Assembly: GCF_021246445.1 (NCBI RefSeq)
Contig: NZ_JAJQXW010000005.1
Location: 62,001 to 126,000 of the forward strand
Direction of reading: 5' to 3'
Length of the DNA stretch: 64,000 bases
Source: Rhabdothermincola salaria
Lineage (GTDB): Bacteria; Actinomycetota; Acidimicrobiia; Acidimicrobiales; Acidimicrobilacustridaceae
Shown here: one piece after another, positions 11,795-21,934 of the stretch
How positions within the stretch are numbered: position 1 is the stretch's first letter
Layout: each line of letters begins with the position of its first letter
Notes under the pieces: generated by a model
Told to the model about the DNA's origin: nothing
The model's input: only the letters and a program-made list of their open reading frames with translations
The model's database searches: none
Translations under genes and position numbers: made by a program

Positions 11795-13699
11795 GTGGCG
11801 GTCGGCTCAGCCGATCGCAGCACCCTCGACGCTGCCCCCGGCGGCCCCGCCGGGACCCGCGCGGCGTCGGCCGTGACCGCCTCGACGTCCGCGGAGCCCA
11901 CCCGAGGGGTGGTCGGGCGCGGCGCCCGGCTCCTGGCGCGCTACGTGCGGGCCCAGCCCCGCGTGTTCGCGGTGTCCATCGTCGGCGCGGCCATCTACGC
12001 CGGGGCCGCGGTGGCCACGACCGTCGTGCTGGGACGCATCACCAACGAGGTGATCGTGCCCTCGTTCGCCGACGGTCGGGTCGAGGGCAGTGCCGTGCTC
12101 GGGGCGGCCGGCGTGCTGCTCGCCGTCGGGTTCCTGCGGGCCCTCACCATCATCCTGCGGCGCTACTTCGCCGCCCTGCTCACCTTCCGGAACCAGCGGG
12201 CGTGGCGCAAGCGGCTGAGCCGGGTGTACCTCGAAGCCCCCTTGCGCTTCCACAAGGACACCCCCACCGGGCGGCTGCTGGCCCACGCCGACAACGACAT
12301 CATCGCCGCCACCGAGGTCCTCAACCCCCTGCCGTTCTCCATCGGGGTGGTCACCCTGGTGGTGTTCGCCATCGCCAGCCTGGCCACCGTCGACTGGATG
12401 CTGATGCTGGTGGCGGTGCTGTTGTTCCCCGCCCTGGCCATCGTGAACCGCCTCTACACCGCTCGGGTGGAGGTGCCCGTCGGCGAGGTGCAGCGCCAGG
12501 TGGGCCACGTCAGCCGCATCGCCCACGAGAGCTTCGACGGCGCTCTCGTCGTCAAGACGCTCGGTCGCGCCGATGCCGAGGTCGAACGCCTCGACCGGGC
12601 CGCCGACCAGCTGCGCCGGGCCCGCCTCGACGTGGGGCGGGTGCGGGCCACCTTCGAACCGGTCATCGACGCCCTCCCCAACCTGGGCATCGTCGTGTTG
12701 CTGGTCATCGGCGCCTGGCAGGTCTCGCTCGGCCGGCTCGACACCGGGCAGGTGGTGCAGGCGGTGGCGCTGTTCGGGCTGCTGGCCTTCCCCATGCGGG
12801 TCTTCGGGTTCTTCCTCCAGGAGCTGCCGAGGGCGGTCGTCACCAGCGAGCGCCTCGACCTGGTGGTCGCCACCCCGTCCGAGCCGGCGCCCGAGCCCGG
12901 CACCGCGGTCCCGCTGCCCGATGGGCCGCTGGCGGTCGCCCTCGAGGAGGTCTCCTTCGCCCACGGCAGCGGCGCCGGTTCCGTCGACGGCCCGGACGAC
13001 GCCCCCGACCGGCTGGACCCGGTGCTCGACGGCGTCACCATGCACGTCGACCACGGCGAGGTGGTGGCCCTCGTCGGGGCCACCGGCGCAGGCAAGTCCA
13101 CCCTGTGCGAGCTGCTGCCGCGCCTCCTCGACCCCGACACGGGCACCGTGCGTCTGGGCGGGGTCGACCTGCGAGAGGCCGACCCGGTCGCCGTGCGCGC
13201 CGCCGTGGCCCTGGTGTTCCAGGAGACCTTCCTCTTCGCCGACACCGTCCGCGAGAACGTCACCCTCGGATCCGAGGTGGACGACGACGAGCTGGAGGCC
13301 GCGGCCGCGGTCGCCCACGCCGATGACTTCGTGGCCCGCCTGCCCCAGGGTTGGGACACCGTCCTGGGGGAGCGGGGCGTGACCCTCTCCGGCGGGCAGC
13401 GCCAACGGCTGGCCCTCACTCGGGCCCTGCTGCGCCGGCCCCGTGTCCTGGTGCTCGACGACGCCACCAGCGCGGTCGACCCGACCATCGAGGCGGCCAT
13501 CCTCCGGGCCCTGCGGGCCACGCTGGCGTGCAGCACCCTGGTGGTGGCCCATCGTCTCTCGACCATCGAGCTGGCCGACCGGGTGGTGCACCTGGCCGAC
13601 GGGCGGGTGGTGGGCTCGGGCTCCCACGCCGAGCTCCTGGCCGGCGATCCCGTCTATGCCCGCCTGGTGCGGGCCTACGCCGACGGGATGACGTCGTGA
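11795..13699 (+). CDS. ABC exporter, fused TMD-NBD subunit 1 (start uncertain)
   Basis: TM domain then GATGAGKS, LSGGQRQR, VLDDATS, VAHR. Confidence 0.9.
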   Translation: MAVGSADRSTLDAAPGGPAGTRAASAVTASTSAEPTRGVVGRGARLLARYVRAQPRVFAVSIVGAAIYAGAAVATTVVLGRITNEVIVPSFADGRVEGSAVLGAAGVLLAVGFLRALTIILRRYFAALLTFRNQRAWRKRLSRVYLEAPLRFHKDTPTGRLLAHADNDIIAATEVLNPLPFSIGVVTLVVFAIASLATVDWMLMLVAVLLFPALAIVNRLYTARVEVPVGEVQRQVGHVSRIAHESFDGALVVKTLGRADAEVERLDRAADQLRRARLDVGRVRATFEPVIDALPNLGIVVLLVIGAWQVSLGRLDTGQVVQAVALFGLLAFPMRVFGFFLQELPRAVVTSERLDLVVATPSEPAPEPGTAVPLPDGPLAVALEEVSFAHGSGAGSVDGPDDAPDRLDPVLDGVTMHVDHGEVVALVGATGAGKSTLCELLPRLLDPDTGTVRLGGVDLREADPVAVRAAVALVFQETFLFADTVRENVTLGSEVDDDELEAAAAVAHADDFVARLPQGWDTVLGERGVTLSGGQRQRLALTRALLRRPRVLVLDDATSAVDPTIEAAILRALRATLACSTLVVAHRLSTIELADRVVHLADGRVVGSGSHAELLAGDPVYARLVRAYADGMTS

Positions 13700-15678
13700 C
13701 CGTCGCCCCGCCGGACCCGGGTTCCCGGTCCGAGGACGACGGGCCCGGCCCCGGTGCCGATCCGGCGGGGGTCGACGGCCACGCCGAGCTGCTCGCCCTC
13801 GAGCACGCCGAGGCCTTCGACGACCCCGCGGCGCGGGCCCGAGCCGACCGGGACGAGGGGGCGGCCACTCCCGAGGTGGCGCCCACCGGGGTCATGGGGG
13901 CCGGCGCCATCGCCGTGCTGCGGCGCGGCCTGGCCGAGAGCCCGGAGCTGCGACGGGGGCTCAAGCTCACCGTGCTGTTCGCCGTGCTCAGCGCGGTGGG
14001 TCGCCTCACCGTACCCGTGCTCGTACAACAGGTGGTCGACAAGGGGCTGCTGGCCGACGAGGGGTTCCGCCCGGGCCTGGTCTTCACCATCTGCGGCATC
14101 GGCGCGGCGATCATCGTGGGCGTCGCCGTGTTGAGCCGGTTCACCTACCTGCGCCTGGTGTCGGCCGCCGAGGCCATGTTGCGGGTCCTGCGGGTGCGGG
14201 CCTTCGCCCACGTCCATCGGCTCTCGGCCGCCGATCACGACGAGACCAAGCGGGGCGAGCTCACGTCGCGGGTCACCAGCGACATCGAGACCATCGCCCG
14301 CTTCGCCCAGTACGGGGCGGTGGCCTGGATCGTGAACTCCGTCGTCATCACCGGGACGCTGCTGGTGATGGCGGTGTACGCCTGGCAGCTGGCGCTGATC
14401 ACCGTGGTGGTGGCGGCGCCGCTGGTTCCCACGTTCCGCTTCATGCAGCGCCGTCAGCTCGTCGCCTACGGCAAGGTGCGCGAGCGGGTGAGCGAGACGA
14501 TGGGCGAGGTGTCCGAGGCGGTGCAGGGCGCCGCCCCGGTGCGGGCCTACGGCCTACGGCGCCGGGCGCTCACCCGCCTCGACGACGCCATCGACCGCCA
14601 GTACCGCGCCGAGATCGGCGCCGCCCGCTGGTTCGCCCTCATCTTCCCGCTGGGCGACGCCTTCGGGGCGATCACCCTGGCCGCGGTCACCGCGGTGGGG
14701 GTCTGGTGGGGGCCGTCGTGGGGACTCGACGCGGGCGGCCTGCTCGCCGTGCTCTTCCTGGTGCAGCTCATCCTGGGCCCGGTCGGGGAGCTGGGCGAGA
14801 TCCTCGACCAGACCCAGACCGCCATCGCCGGGTGGCGGCGGGTGCTCGACCTGTTGGACCAGCCGATCGATGTCGCCGAGGCCGATCCCGGCTCGCCGCT
14901 CCCGCCAGGTGCCCTGGAGGTGGCGGCCGAGGGGATCGGCTTCGGGTACCGCACCGGCCCGCCCGTGCTCCACGACGTGTCGGTGACCATCCCCGCCGGG
15001 GCATCGGTGGCCATCGTGGGCGAGACCGGTTCGGGCAAGACCACCTTCGCCCGGTTGCTCGTCCGCCTGGCCGACCCGACCGTGGGCACCATCCGCGTCG
15101 GAGGGGTCCCGCTGCCGGAGGTGGCCCCCGACGCCCGGCACCAGCGCATCCGGCTGGTGCCCCAGGAGGGCTTCGTCTTCGACACCACCCTGGCCGAGAA
15201 CGTGCGGATGGGCCGTCCGGGTGCCACCGACGACGAGGTGGCCGCCGCGCTCGACGACCTGGGGCTGAGCGCCTGGGTGGCGTCGTTGCCCCACGGGGCG
15301 AACACCGAGGTGGGCGAGCGGGGCGAGAACCTCTCGGTGGGCGAGCGCCAGCTGGTCGCTCTGGCCCGGGCCCATCTGGGCGATCCGGGGCTGTTGGTCC
15401 TCGACGAAGCCACCAGTGCCGTCGACCCCCGCACCGAGCGATCGCTCACCACGGCCCTGCAGCGCCTGGCCGCCGGGCGCACCACGGTCAGCGTGGCCCA
15501 CCGGCTCTCCACCGCCGAGGCCGCCGACCTGGTGCTGGTGTTCGACGCCGGGGTGCTGGTCGAGCGGGGCCACCACGACGAGCTGGTGGCCGCCGGCGGC
15601 CGCTACGGCGCCCTCTTCGCCAGTTGGCTGGGCAACACCGGTCAGGTCTCGGCCCCCCGACCCGGTGCGCAGGGGTAG
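13696..15678 (+). CDS. ABC exporter, fused TMD-NBD subunit 2
   Basis: GETGSGKT, LSVGERQ, VLDEATS, VAHR; GTGA overlap with subunit 1. Confidence 0.9.
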   Translation: MTVAPPDPGSRSEDDGPGPGADPAGVDGHAELLALEHAEAFDDPAARARADRDEGAATPEVAPTGVMGAGAIAVLRRGLAESPELRRGLKLTVLFAVLSAVGRLTVPVLVQQVVDKGLLADEGFRPGLVFTICGIGAAIIVGVAVLSRFTYLRLVSAAEAMLRVLRVRAFAHVHRLSAADHDETKRGELTSRVTSDIETIARFAQYGAVAWIVNSVVITGTLLVMAVYAWQLALITVVVAAPLVPTFRFMQRRQLVAYGKVRERVSETMGEVSEAVQGAAPVRAYGLRRRALTRLDDAIDRQYRAEIGAARWFALIFPLGDAFGAITLAAVTAVGVWWGPSWGLDAGGLLAVLFLVQLILGPVGELGEILDQTQTAIAGWRRVLDLLDQPIDVAEADPGSPLPPGALEVAAEGIGFGYRTGPPVLHDVSVTIPAGASVAIVGETGSGKTTFARLLVRLADPTVGTIRVGGVPLPEVAPDARHQRIRLVPQEGFVFDTTLAENVRMGRPGATDDEVAAALDDLGLSAWVASLPHGANTEVGERGENLSVGERQLVALARAHLGDPGLLVLDEATSAVDPRTERSLTTALQRLAAGRTTVSVAHRLSTAEAADLVLVFDAGVLVERGHHDELVAAGGRYGALFASWLGNTGQVSAPRPGAQG

Positions 15679-15689
15679 CTTCGACGCGC

Positions 15690-16589
15690 ATGGCGAGCGA
15701 CGAGTTCCATGCCCTGGCCGAGCGGATGGCGGCGGCTCCGCCCCCTCCCCCCGACGAGACCGTCGAACAGCAGCGGGCCCGCATCGATGCCACCATGAGC
15801 CAGCTGCCGCTGGCCGACGGCGTCGAGGCCGTCGAGACCACGGTGGGCGGGGTGGCGGCCATCGAGTGCCGCCCGGGCGACCTGGCCCCCGATGCCCCGG
15901 TGGTGCTCTACGTCCACGGTGGCGGGTTCCGCATCGCCTCGGCGCTGGCCTACCGCGCCTACACCTCGCACCTGGCGGCCGTCATCGACGCCCGGGTCGT
16001 GAGCATCGACTACCGGCTCGCTCCCGAGCACGCCTTCCCGGCCGCCCTCGACGACACCGTGGCGGCCTACGTCTCGCTGCTCGACGAAGGGGTCCCCGCC
16101 GGGCGCATCGTCGTGGCCGGCGACTCCGCCGGCGGTGGCCTGGCGGCCTCGCTCGTGCCGGCCGCCCGCCAGCGGGGACTGGCCCTGCCCGCCGGCACGG
16201 TGTGCTGCTCGCCGTGGGTCGACCTCACCGTCACCGCCGCCAGCTACGTCCAGAACGCCGACGTCGATCGCCTCTTCTCCGCCGAGTCGGCCTCGCTCGC
16301 AGCCGGGCTCTACCTGGCCGGACACGATCCCACCGATCCTCTGGCCTCGCCGGTGTTCGCCGACTGGGCCGGGGCGCCGCCGATGCTGATCCAGGTCGGC
16401 GACGTGGAGGTCCTGCTCGACGACGCCCTGCGCCTGGCGGCCACGGCCAGCGACGCCGGAGTCGACGTCACCCTCACCGTCGCCCCGGAGATGCCCCACA
16501 TCTGGCCGATGAGCTACCCGGCCTTCCCGGAGGCGGTCGAGGCGGTCGAGGAGATCGCCGCCTTCGTGCACCGGGTCACCTCCCCCTGA
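15690..16589 (+). CDS. alpha/beta hydrolase, HSL-like esterase
   Basis: HGGGF oxyanion motif, DYRLAPEH, GDSAGG nucleophile elbow. Confidence 0.9.
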   Translation: MASDEFHALAERMAAAPPPPPDETVEQQRARIDATMSQLPLADGVEAVETTVGGVAAIECRPGDLAPDAPVVLYVHGGGFRIASALAYRAYTSHLAAVIDARVVSIDYRLAPEHAFPAALDDTVAAYVSLLDEGVPAGRIVVAGDSAGGGLAASLVPAARQRGLALPAGTVCCSPWVDLTVTAASYVQNADVDRLFSAESASLAAGLYLAGHDPTDPLASPVFADWAGAPPMLIQVGDVEVLLDDALRLAATASDAGVDVTLTVAPEMPHIWPMSYPAFPEAVEAVEEIAAFVHRVTSP

Positions 16590-16641
16590 CTCCACCCAGC
16601 GCCTTTTGCACCGGGTCACCTCGCCCCGAGTCCACCACCGC

Positions 16642-16691
16642 TTTTTGCATGAGAACGACGCTCCATACGGCGCCGAACTCATGCAAGAACG
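16642..16691. repeat. REP-like palindromic element, copy 1
   Basis: TTGCATGAG...CTCATGCAA stem; near-identical in reverse complement to 38538-38588 and similar to 38624-38675. Confidence 0.8.
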
Positions 16692-16804
16692 TTCGGGGGT
16701 GCGGGGTCGGGGTCGTTCAGACACGTTCGGGGGCGGCGTCGTGATCGTGCAGGAACGTTCGGGGTGGGCGGCGCCGGTGGTTCAGTCGGGCGGGGGCCGG
16801 GAGG

Positions 16805-17695
16805 TCACGCGGGTGGACGGCCTCGTGAGGCCTTGGTGACGACCGCCGCACAGTCGCGCACGGCCTCGGCCGCGGCGAGGGCTGCTGCGGCCGACAGGCC
16901 CGGGGCGAAGCCGGTGCCGGAGATGGCGGCCACCACCGTGCCGTCGGCGTCGAACACCGGGGCGGCGATGACGCCGAGGTCGTAGGTGCGGTCGCCCTCG
17001 AGGGCCTCGACCGCGTAGGGGCCCTCGGCCATCGCCGTGAGCAGCTCGGTGAGGCCCGAGCGCAGGTCGGCGCGCACGGGCACGTCGGCCAGGTCCGACG
17101 CCGCCGCCCCGAAGGTGCGCTGGGCCTCCGAGGCCGCCCCTACGGCCACGCCCCGACGGCGGGTCCAGTCGAGGGCGGAGCGGTGGCGGCGCCGGGCGGC
17201 GGACGACGCGGCGGGGTCGCGGGCCAGCCACGCGTCGATCTCGTCGTCGGACGACCAGGCCAGGAACACGGCCCCGAGCGGCGGGGCCAGCGGCACCCGT
17301 TCGCCGGCGCGCAGGTCGGGACCGTGGGGCGACGGGTCGCCGGCCCTGGCCAGGAAGATGATCTCGTCGGCGGTGGCGGCGGTGACGACGACCTCGGCGC
17401 CGAGGCGCCGGGCCAGCTCCGGTGCCGCGTCGATGGCTCGCCGGATGCCGGGCTGCTCGTCGAGGGCCACCACGCCGGCGGCCACCAGCGCCGGCCCGAG
17501 GGCGTAGCTCTTGGTCTCCGGGTGGCGCCGCACGTGCCCGGCGGACTCGAGGGTGTGCAGCACGGCGTGGGCCGAGCCGAGGCTCATGCCCGTGCGGCGC
17601 ACCACCTCAGAGAGGGTGAAGCGCTGGCCGGGGTGGGCCACGAGCAGGTCGATCACCTGCAGGGCCCGTTGGGCGGCGGGAGCGGGACGGGGCAT
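16805..17695 (-). CDS. IclR family transcriptional regulator
   Basis: N-terminal HTH (RALQVIDLL...TLSEVVRRTGMS), C-terminal IAAPVFD..G.VVAAIS. Confidence 0.9.
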   Translation of the reverse strand: MPRPAPAAQRALQVIDLLVAHPGQRFTLSEVVRRTGMSLGSAHAVLHTLESAGHVRRHPETKSYALGPALVAAGVVALDEQPGIRRAIDAAPELARRLGAEVVVTAATADEIIFLARAGDPSPHGPDLRAGERVPLAPPLGAVFLAWSSDDEIDAWLARDPAASSAARRRHRSALDWTRRRGVAVGAASEAQRTFGAAASDLADVPVRADLRSGLTELLTAMAEGPYAVEALEGDRTYDLGVIAAPVFDADGTVVAAISGTGFAPGLSAAAALAAAEAVRDCAAVVTKASRGRPPA

Positions 17696-17724
17696 GTCGG
17701 GGGCCTCGGGGTGTCGGATCGCCG

Positions 17725-17781
17725 TTGACGGTGCCGGCAGCGGCACCTACGCTTCTACCAGTTGCGAAGGACCTTTCGCAA
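17725..17781 (+). promoter_or_regulatory. sigma-A-type promoter plus palindromic operator for LLM operon
   Basis: TTGACG-17 nt-TACGCT (17725-17753) followed by TTGCGAA-N6-TTCGCAA (17762-17781). Confidence 0.65.
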
Positions 17782-17833
17782 TACCGAAATCAGGGGTGGC
17801 CGGGGGGCCGCTGCACCACGATGGGGAGTCACC

Positions 17834-18991
17834 GTGAAGCTCGACCTGCTCTATGAGTTCCAGCCCAAGATCGGCCCGTACGACGAGCCGTTCCCGTACG
17901 GGCAGAAGAAGGCCGAGCAGGCCACCTACGACGAGGCGATCGAGGAGATCCGCTTCGCCGACACCCTCGGGTTCAACACGGTGTGGTGCGTCGAGCACCA
18001 CTTCCGCGACGGCCGCTCGGCCTGCCCGAGCAACGAGGTCGTCCTCGGCGCGCTGTCCACCATCACCGAGAACCTCCGCCTCGGCTTCGGCGTCAGCCTC
18101 ATGCCGCCCGGCTTCCAGCATCCCGCTCGCGTCGCCGAGAAGGTCGCCACCGTCGACGTGTTGAGCCACGGGCGGGTCGAGTGGGGCACCGGCCGCTCGA
18201 CCCCGATGGAACAGATCGCCTTCGGCGTGCCCGCCAACGACGACAGCCGGGCCCAGTGGCGTGAAGCCGTCGAGTTCGTGGTCGAGGCCTGGACCAACGA
18301 GAGCATCTCCTGGGACACCGACCTCATCTCGTTCCCCGAGCGCAAGCAGTGCCCCAAGCCCTACCAGGACCCCCACCCCCCGGCGTGGCTGGCCGCGGCC
18401 AGCGCCCCCTCGGCCGTCGCCGCCGGCAAGAGCGGCTTCGGGCTGCTCTCCTTCGCCCTGTTGCAGCCCGTCGAGGTCATGGCCGACATCATCAACCAGT
18501 ACCGCGCCGCCCAGCTCGAGGCCGAGATGGAGAACCTGGCCCCGCTCACCAAGGTGCGCAACGACCGCGTCGGCGCCTACACGCTCGTGCACTGCAGTGA
18601 CGACATGGACGGTGCCCACGACTACCTCTGGGACTCCATCACCTGGTGGTACCGGCACCTGGCCGAGTTCACCCTGCAGTGGGAAGCCCCCAACCTCACT
18701 CCCGAGGAGCAGGCCGAGGTGTTCCCGCTGCTGCAGGACACCATCAAGGGCACCGTCGACGTCCAGAACTACATCGACCAGGACATGATCGTGGTGGGCA
18801 CCCCCGAGGAGTGCCTCGAGAAGATCGTGCGCTACGACGAGGCCGGCGTCGATCAGCTGCTCTGCTACGTCCAGTTCGGCACCGTGCCCCACGACAAGGT
18901 GATGCGCAGCATCGAGCTGCTGGGCACCGAGGTCATCCCGGAGCTCGAGAAGCGCGGGCACCGCGTCGACGCCCGCGCCTCGATGGCCTGA
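17834..18991 (+). CDS. LLM class flavin-dependent oxidoreductase
   Basis: WCVEHHF, HPARVAEKVATVDVLSHGRVEWGTGR, PKPYQDPHPP; GGGGAG RBS before GTG. Confidence 0.9.
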   Translation: MKLDLLYEFQPKIGPYDEPFPYGQKKAEQATYDEAIEEIRFADTLGFNTVWCVEHHFRDGRSACPSNEVVLGALSTITENLRLGFGVSLMPPGFQHPARVAEKVATVDVLSHGRVEWGTGRSTPMEQIAFGVPANDDSRAQWREAVEFVVEAWTNESISWDTDLISFPERKQCPKPYQDPHPPAWLAAASAPSAVAAGKSGFGLLSFALLQPVEVMADIINQYRAAQLEAEMENLAPLTKVRNDRVGAYTLVHCSDDMDGAHDYLWDSITWWYRHLAEFTLQWEAPNLTPEEQAEVFPLLQDTIKGTVDVQNYIDQDMIVVGTPEECLEKIVRYDEAGVDQLLCYVQFGTVPHDKVMRSIELLGTEVIPELEKRGHRVDARASMA

Positions 18992-19007
18992 GCGCCCGGA
19001 CCGCACC

Positions 19008-19883
19008 ATGGACATGATCTCGGGCATCCGCGCCAAGGCGGCCGGCACCGCCTCCGACGCCGCCCCCTCCGCCGCTCGCCCCGCGCTCGCCGACGAGCTG
19101 GTCGCGGCCTTCTCGCTCGCCGGCCGCAACGCCGTGGTCACCGGGGCGGCCGGCGGCATCGGTCGGCAGGCCGCCGTCACCTTCGCCCAGGCCGGCGCCG
19201 ACGTCGTCATCGCCGACGTCGGCACCGACGGCCTCGAGGAGACCGCCGCGCTCGTGTCCGCCGCCGGCGGCAAGGCCACCGTCGTACCCACCGACGTCTC
19301 CGAACGGGACCAGGTCAACAAGCTGGCCGTCGCCGCCCTGCGCGCCGGTGGTCGCCTCGACGTGTGGGCCAACGTGGCCGGCGTCATCCGCAACACGCTC
19401 ATCGTCGACGCCACCCCCGAGGACGTCGAGGCCGTCACCCGGGTCAACCAGTTCGGCACCTACTGGGGCGTCGCCGCCGCCGGCCGCGCCATGAAGCAGG
19501 GCGGCTCCATCATCAACGTCTCGTCCGCCGGCGGGGAGATGCCGGCGCCCACGCTGTCGATCTACGCCATGACCAAGGCGGCGGTCAACCACCTCACGCG
19601 GTGCGCCGCCGTCGAGCTGGGCCCGGCCCGCATCCGGGTCAACGCCATCGCCCCCGGGTTCACCGACACGCCGATGGTGCAGCGCAACTGGACCGGACCC
19701 GACGGCACCGTCGACGACGAGGCGCGCGCCCGGTTGCTCGACACCCGAGCGGCGCAGTCGCCCATGAACGTCACGGGAACGCCCGAGGACCAGTCGTGGG
19801 CCATGCTCTACCTGGCCAGCGACGCCTCCCGGTTCGTCACCGGGCAGGTGCTGCGGCCCAACGGCGGCGTGGTGATGGCATGA
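19008..19883 (+). CDS. SDR family oxidoreductase
   Basis: TGAAGGIG, NVAG, YAMTK, RVNAIAPG. Confidence 0.9.
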   Translation: MDMISGIRAKAAGTASDAAPSAARPALADELVAAFSLAGRNAVVTGAAGGIGRQAAVTFAQAGADVVIADVGTDGLEETAALVSAAGGKATVVPTDVSERDQVNKLAVAALRAGGRLDVWANVAGVIRNTLIVDATPEDVEAVTRVNQFGTYWGVAAAGRAMKQGGSIINVSSAGGEMPAPTLSIYAMTKAAVNHLTRCAAVELGPARIRVNAIAPGFTDTPMVQRNWTGPDGTVDDEARARLLDTRAAQSPMNVTGTPEDQSWAMLYLASDASRFVTGQVLRPNGGVVMA

Positions 19884-19929
19884 CCACCGCGACCAGCCGC
19901 GACATCGTCTCGACCCAGGGGGAACAGCC

Positions 19930-20751
19930 ATGACCGCCAGCGACGACTCTCCGGTGCCGGACTTCCTCGGGCGGCTGCGCCTCGAGGGACGTTCCTACGT
20001 GGTGGCCGGCGCCGGCCAGGGCATGGGGCGCATGACCGCCCACGCCCTCGCCCAGGCCGGGGCCGCCCACGTGGTGTGCGTCGACCTCGAGGAGGATCGC
20101 GCGGCCGACATCGCCCGTGAGCTCGACGAGGCCTCGGGGCGCTCCGTCGCCATCCCCTGGGTGGGCGACGTCACCCGACGCGAGGACGCAGCCCGGCTGG
20201 GCGCCGAGGCCGAAGCGGCGACGGGCCGGATCGACGGCCTGGTCGACATCGTGGGCATGGCCCGGTGGCAGTCGATCCTCGAGATGGAGGACGAGACCTT
20301 CGACTGGGAGATCGACATCTGCCTGCGCCACGCCTACCTGCTCTCCCAGGAGCTGGGGCGGCGCATGGTGGCGTCGGGTGGCGGCACCATGGTCTTCATC
20401 GCGTCGGTCAGCGGGCTCACCGGGGCGCCCATGCACGCCGCCTACGGCGCGGCCAAGGCCGGCCTCATGGCGTGGGTGCAGTCCCTCGCGGTCGAGCTCG
20501 GCCCCCACGGGGTGCGGGCCAACGCGGTGGCGCCGGGCACCATCCTCAGCCCCCGGATGGACGCGGTGTTCACCGACGAGCAGCGTGCCGCCAACGGCGG
20601 CAACTCCCCGCTCGGGCACATGGGTGAGACCGCCGACATCGCGTCGGCCGCGCTGTTCCTCACCAGCGACCTGGCGGCCTACGTCACCGGGCGCACCGTC
20701 GTGGTCGACGGCGGCGTCGACGCCAAGTTCCCGTACCCGGTCACCTTGTGA
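19930..20751 (+). CDS. SDR family oxidoreductase
   Basis: AGAGQGMG, YGAAK, RANAVAPG, VDGG. Confidence 0.9.
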   Translation: MTASDDSPVPDFLGRLRLEGRSYVVAGAGQGMGRMTAHALAQAGAAHVVCVDLEEDRAADIARELDEASGRSVAIPWVGDVTRREDAARLGAEAEAATGRIDGLVDIVGMARWQSILEMEDETFDWEIDICLRHAYLLSQELGRRMVASGGGTMVFIASVSGLTGAPMHAAYGAAKAGLMAWVQSLAVELGPHGVRANAVAPGTILSPRMDAVFTDEQRAANGGNSPLGHMGETADIASAALFLTSDLAAYVTGRTVVVDGGVDAKFPYPVTL

Positions 20752-20848
20752 CCCGAGCCGCGGGCGAGGCCACGGTTTCCGGGCTCCCGAGGGGGATGAG
20801 TAGTCTCGGGCCCGCCCCGACGCTCTCGATCCCCCCGCTGGAGGACTT

Positions 20849-21835
20849 GTGAAGACCCCCGTACGCGTTGCCGTCACCGGCGCCGCCGGCCAGATCGGCT
20901 ACAGCCTGTTGTTCCGCATCGCCAGCGGCCAGATGCTCGGCGAGGACCAGCCGGTCATCCTCCAGCTCCTCGACATCACCCCGGCCCTCGACGCCCTGCG
21001 CGGTGTGGCCATGGAGCTCGACGACTGCGCCTTCCCGCTGCTCGAGGGCATCGTGCAGACCGACGACCCCGACGTCGCCTTCGGCGACGTCGACTACGCC
21101 CTGCTGGTCGGCGCCCGCCCCCGTTCCAAGGGCATGGAGCGCAAGGACCTCCTCGAGGCCAACGGGGCCATCTTCACGGTGCAGGGCAAGGCGCTCTCCG
21201 ACAGCGCCTCCAAGGACGTGCGCGTGCTGGTCGTGGGCAACCCGGCCAACACCAACGCCCTCATCGCCATGAACAACGCGCCGAACATCGACAACGGTCG
21301 CTTCACCGCCATGACCCGCCTCGACCACAACCGGGCCATGGCCCAGCTGGCCGCCAAGACCGGCACCACCGTGCGCGACATCACCAAGATGACCATCTGG
21401 GGCAACCACTCGGCCACCCAGTACCCCGACCTCTTCCACGCCGAGGTCAAGGGCCAGAACGCCGCGGCGCTGGTGGACGACCAGGCCTGGCTCGAGGGCG
21501 AGTTCATCCCCACCGTGCAGCAGCGGGGCGCCGCCATCATCGAGGCCCGTGGCCTGTCCAGCGCCGCGTCGGCGGCCAACGCGGCCATCGACCACATGCG
21601 CACCTGGGCCCTGGGTTCGCCCGAGGGCGACTGGGTCTCCATGGCCATCCCCTCCGACGGCAGCTACGGCGTGCCCGAGGGCCTCATGTCGTCGTTCCCG
21701 GTCACCTGCTCCGGTGGCGAGTACTCCATCGTGCAGGGCCTCGACATCGACGAGTTCTCCCAGGGTCGCATCGACGCCACCGTCACCGAGCTGACCGAGG
21801 AGCGCGACGCGGTGAAGGACCTGGGTCTGATCTGA
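20849..21835 (+). CDS. mdh: malate dehydrogenase
   Basis: [40 protein letters not shown]. Confidence 0.97.
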   Translation: MKTPVRVAVTGAAGQIGYSLLFRIASGQMLGEDQPVILQLLDITPALDALRGVAMELDDCAFPLLEGIVQTDDPDVAFGDVDYALLVGARPRSKGMERKDLLEANGAIFTVQGKALSDSASKDVRVLVVGNPANTNALIAMNNAPNIDNGRFTAMTRLDHNRAMAQLAAKTGTTVRDITKMTIWGNHSATQYPDLFHAEVKGQNAAALVDDQAWLEGEFIPTVQQRGAAIIEARGLSSAASAANAAIDHMRTWALGSPEGDWVSMAIPSDGSYGVPEGLMSSFPVTCSGGEYSIVQGLDIDEFSQGRIDATVTELTEERDAVKDLGLI

Positions 21836-21868
21836 CCCGCCCTACCTGCGGACGAGAGCGACCCGACC

Positions 21869-21893
21869 GGGGCCGGCCGTCGAGGCCGGCCCC
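21869..21893. terminator. hairpin between convergent mdh and Fpg/Nei genes
   Basis: GGGGCCGGCC-gtcga-GGCCGGCCCC, 10-bp stem, no U tract. Confidence 0.55.
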
Positions 21894-21934
21894 CGTCGCG
21901 CCCAGGGTGCCCCGTCCGGTCCCCCCCCTCGGGA

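Noticed and set aside
16560..16640. Gene 3'-end duplication as an att site of an integrated element
   Set aside because: The copies are adjacent with no cargo between them and no integrase nearby.
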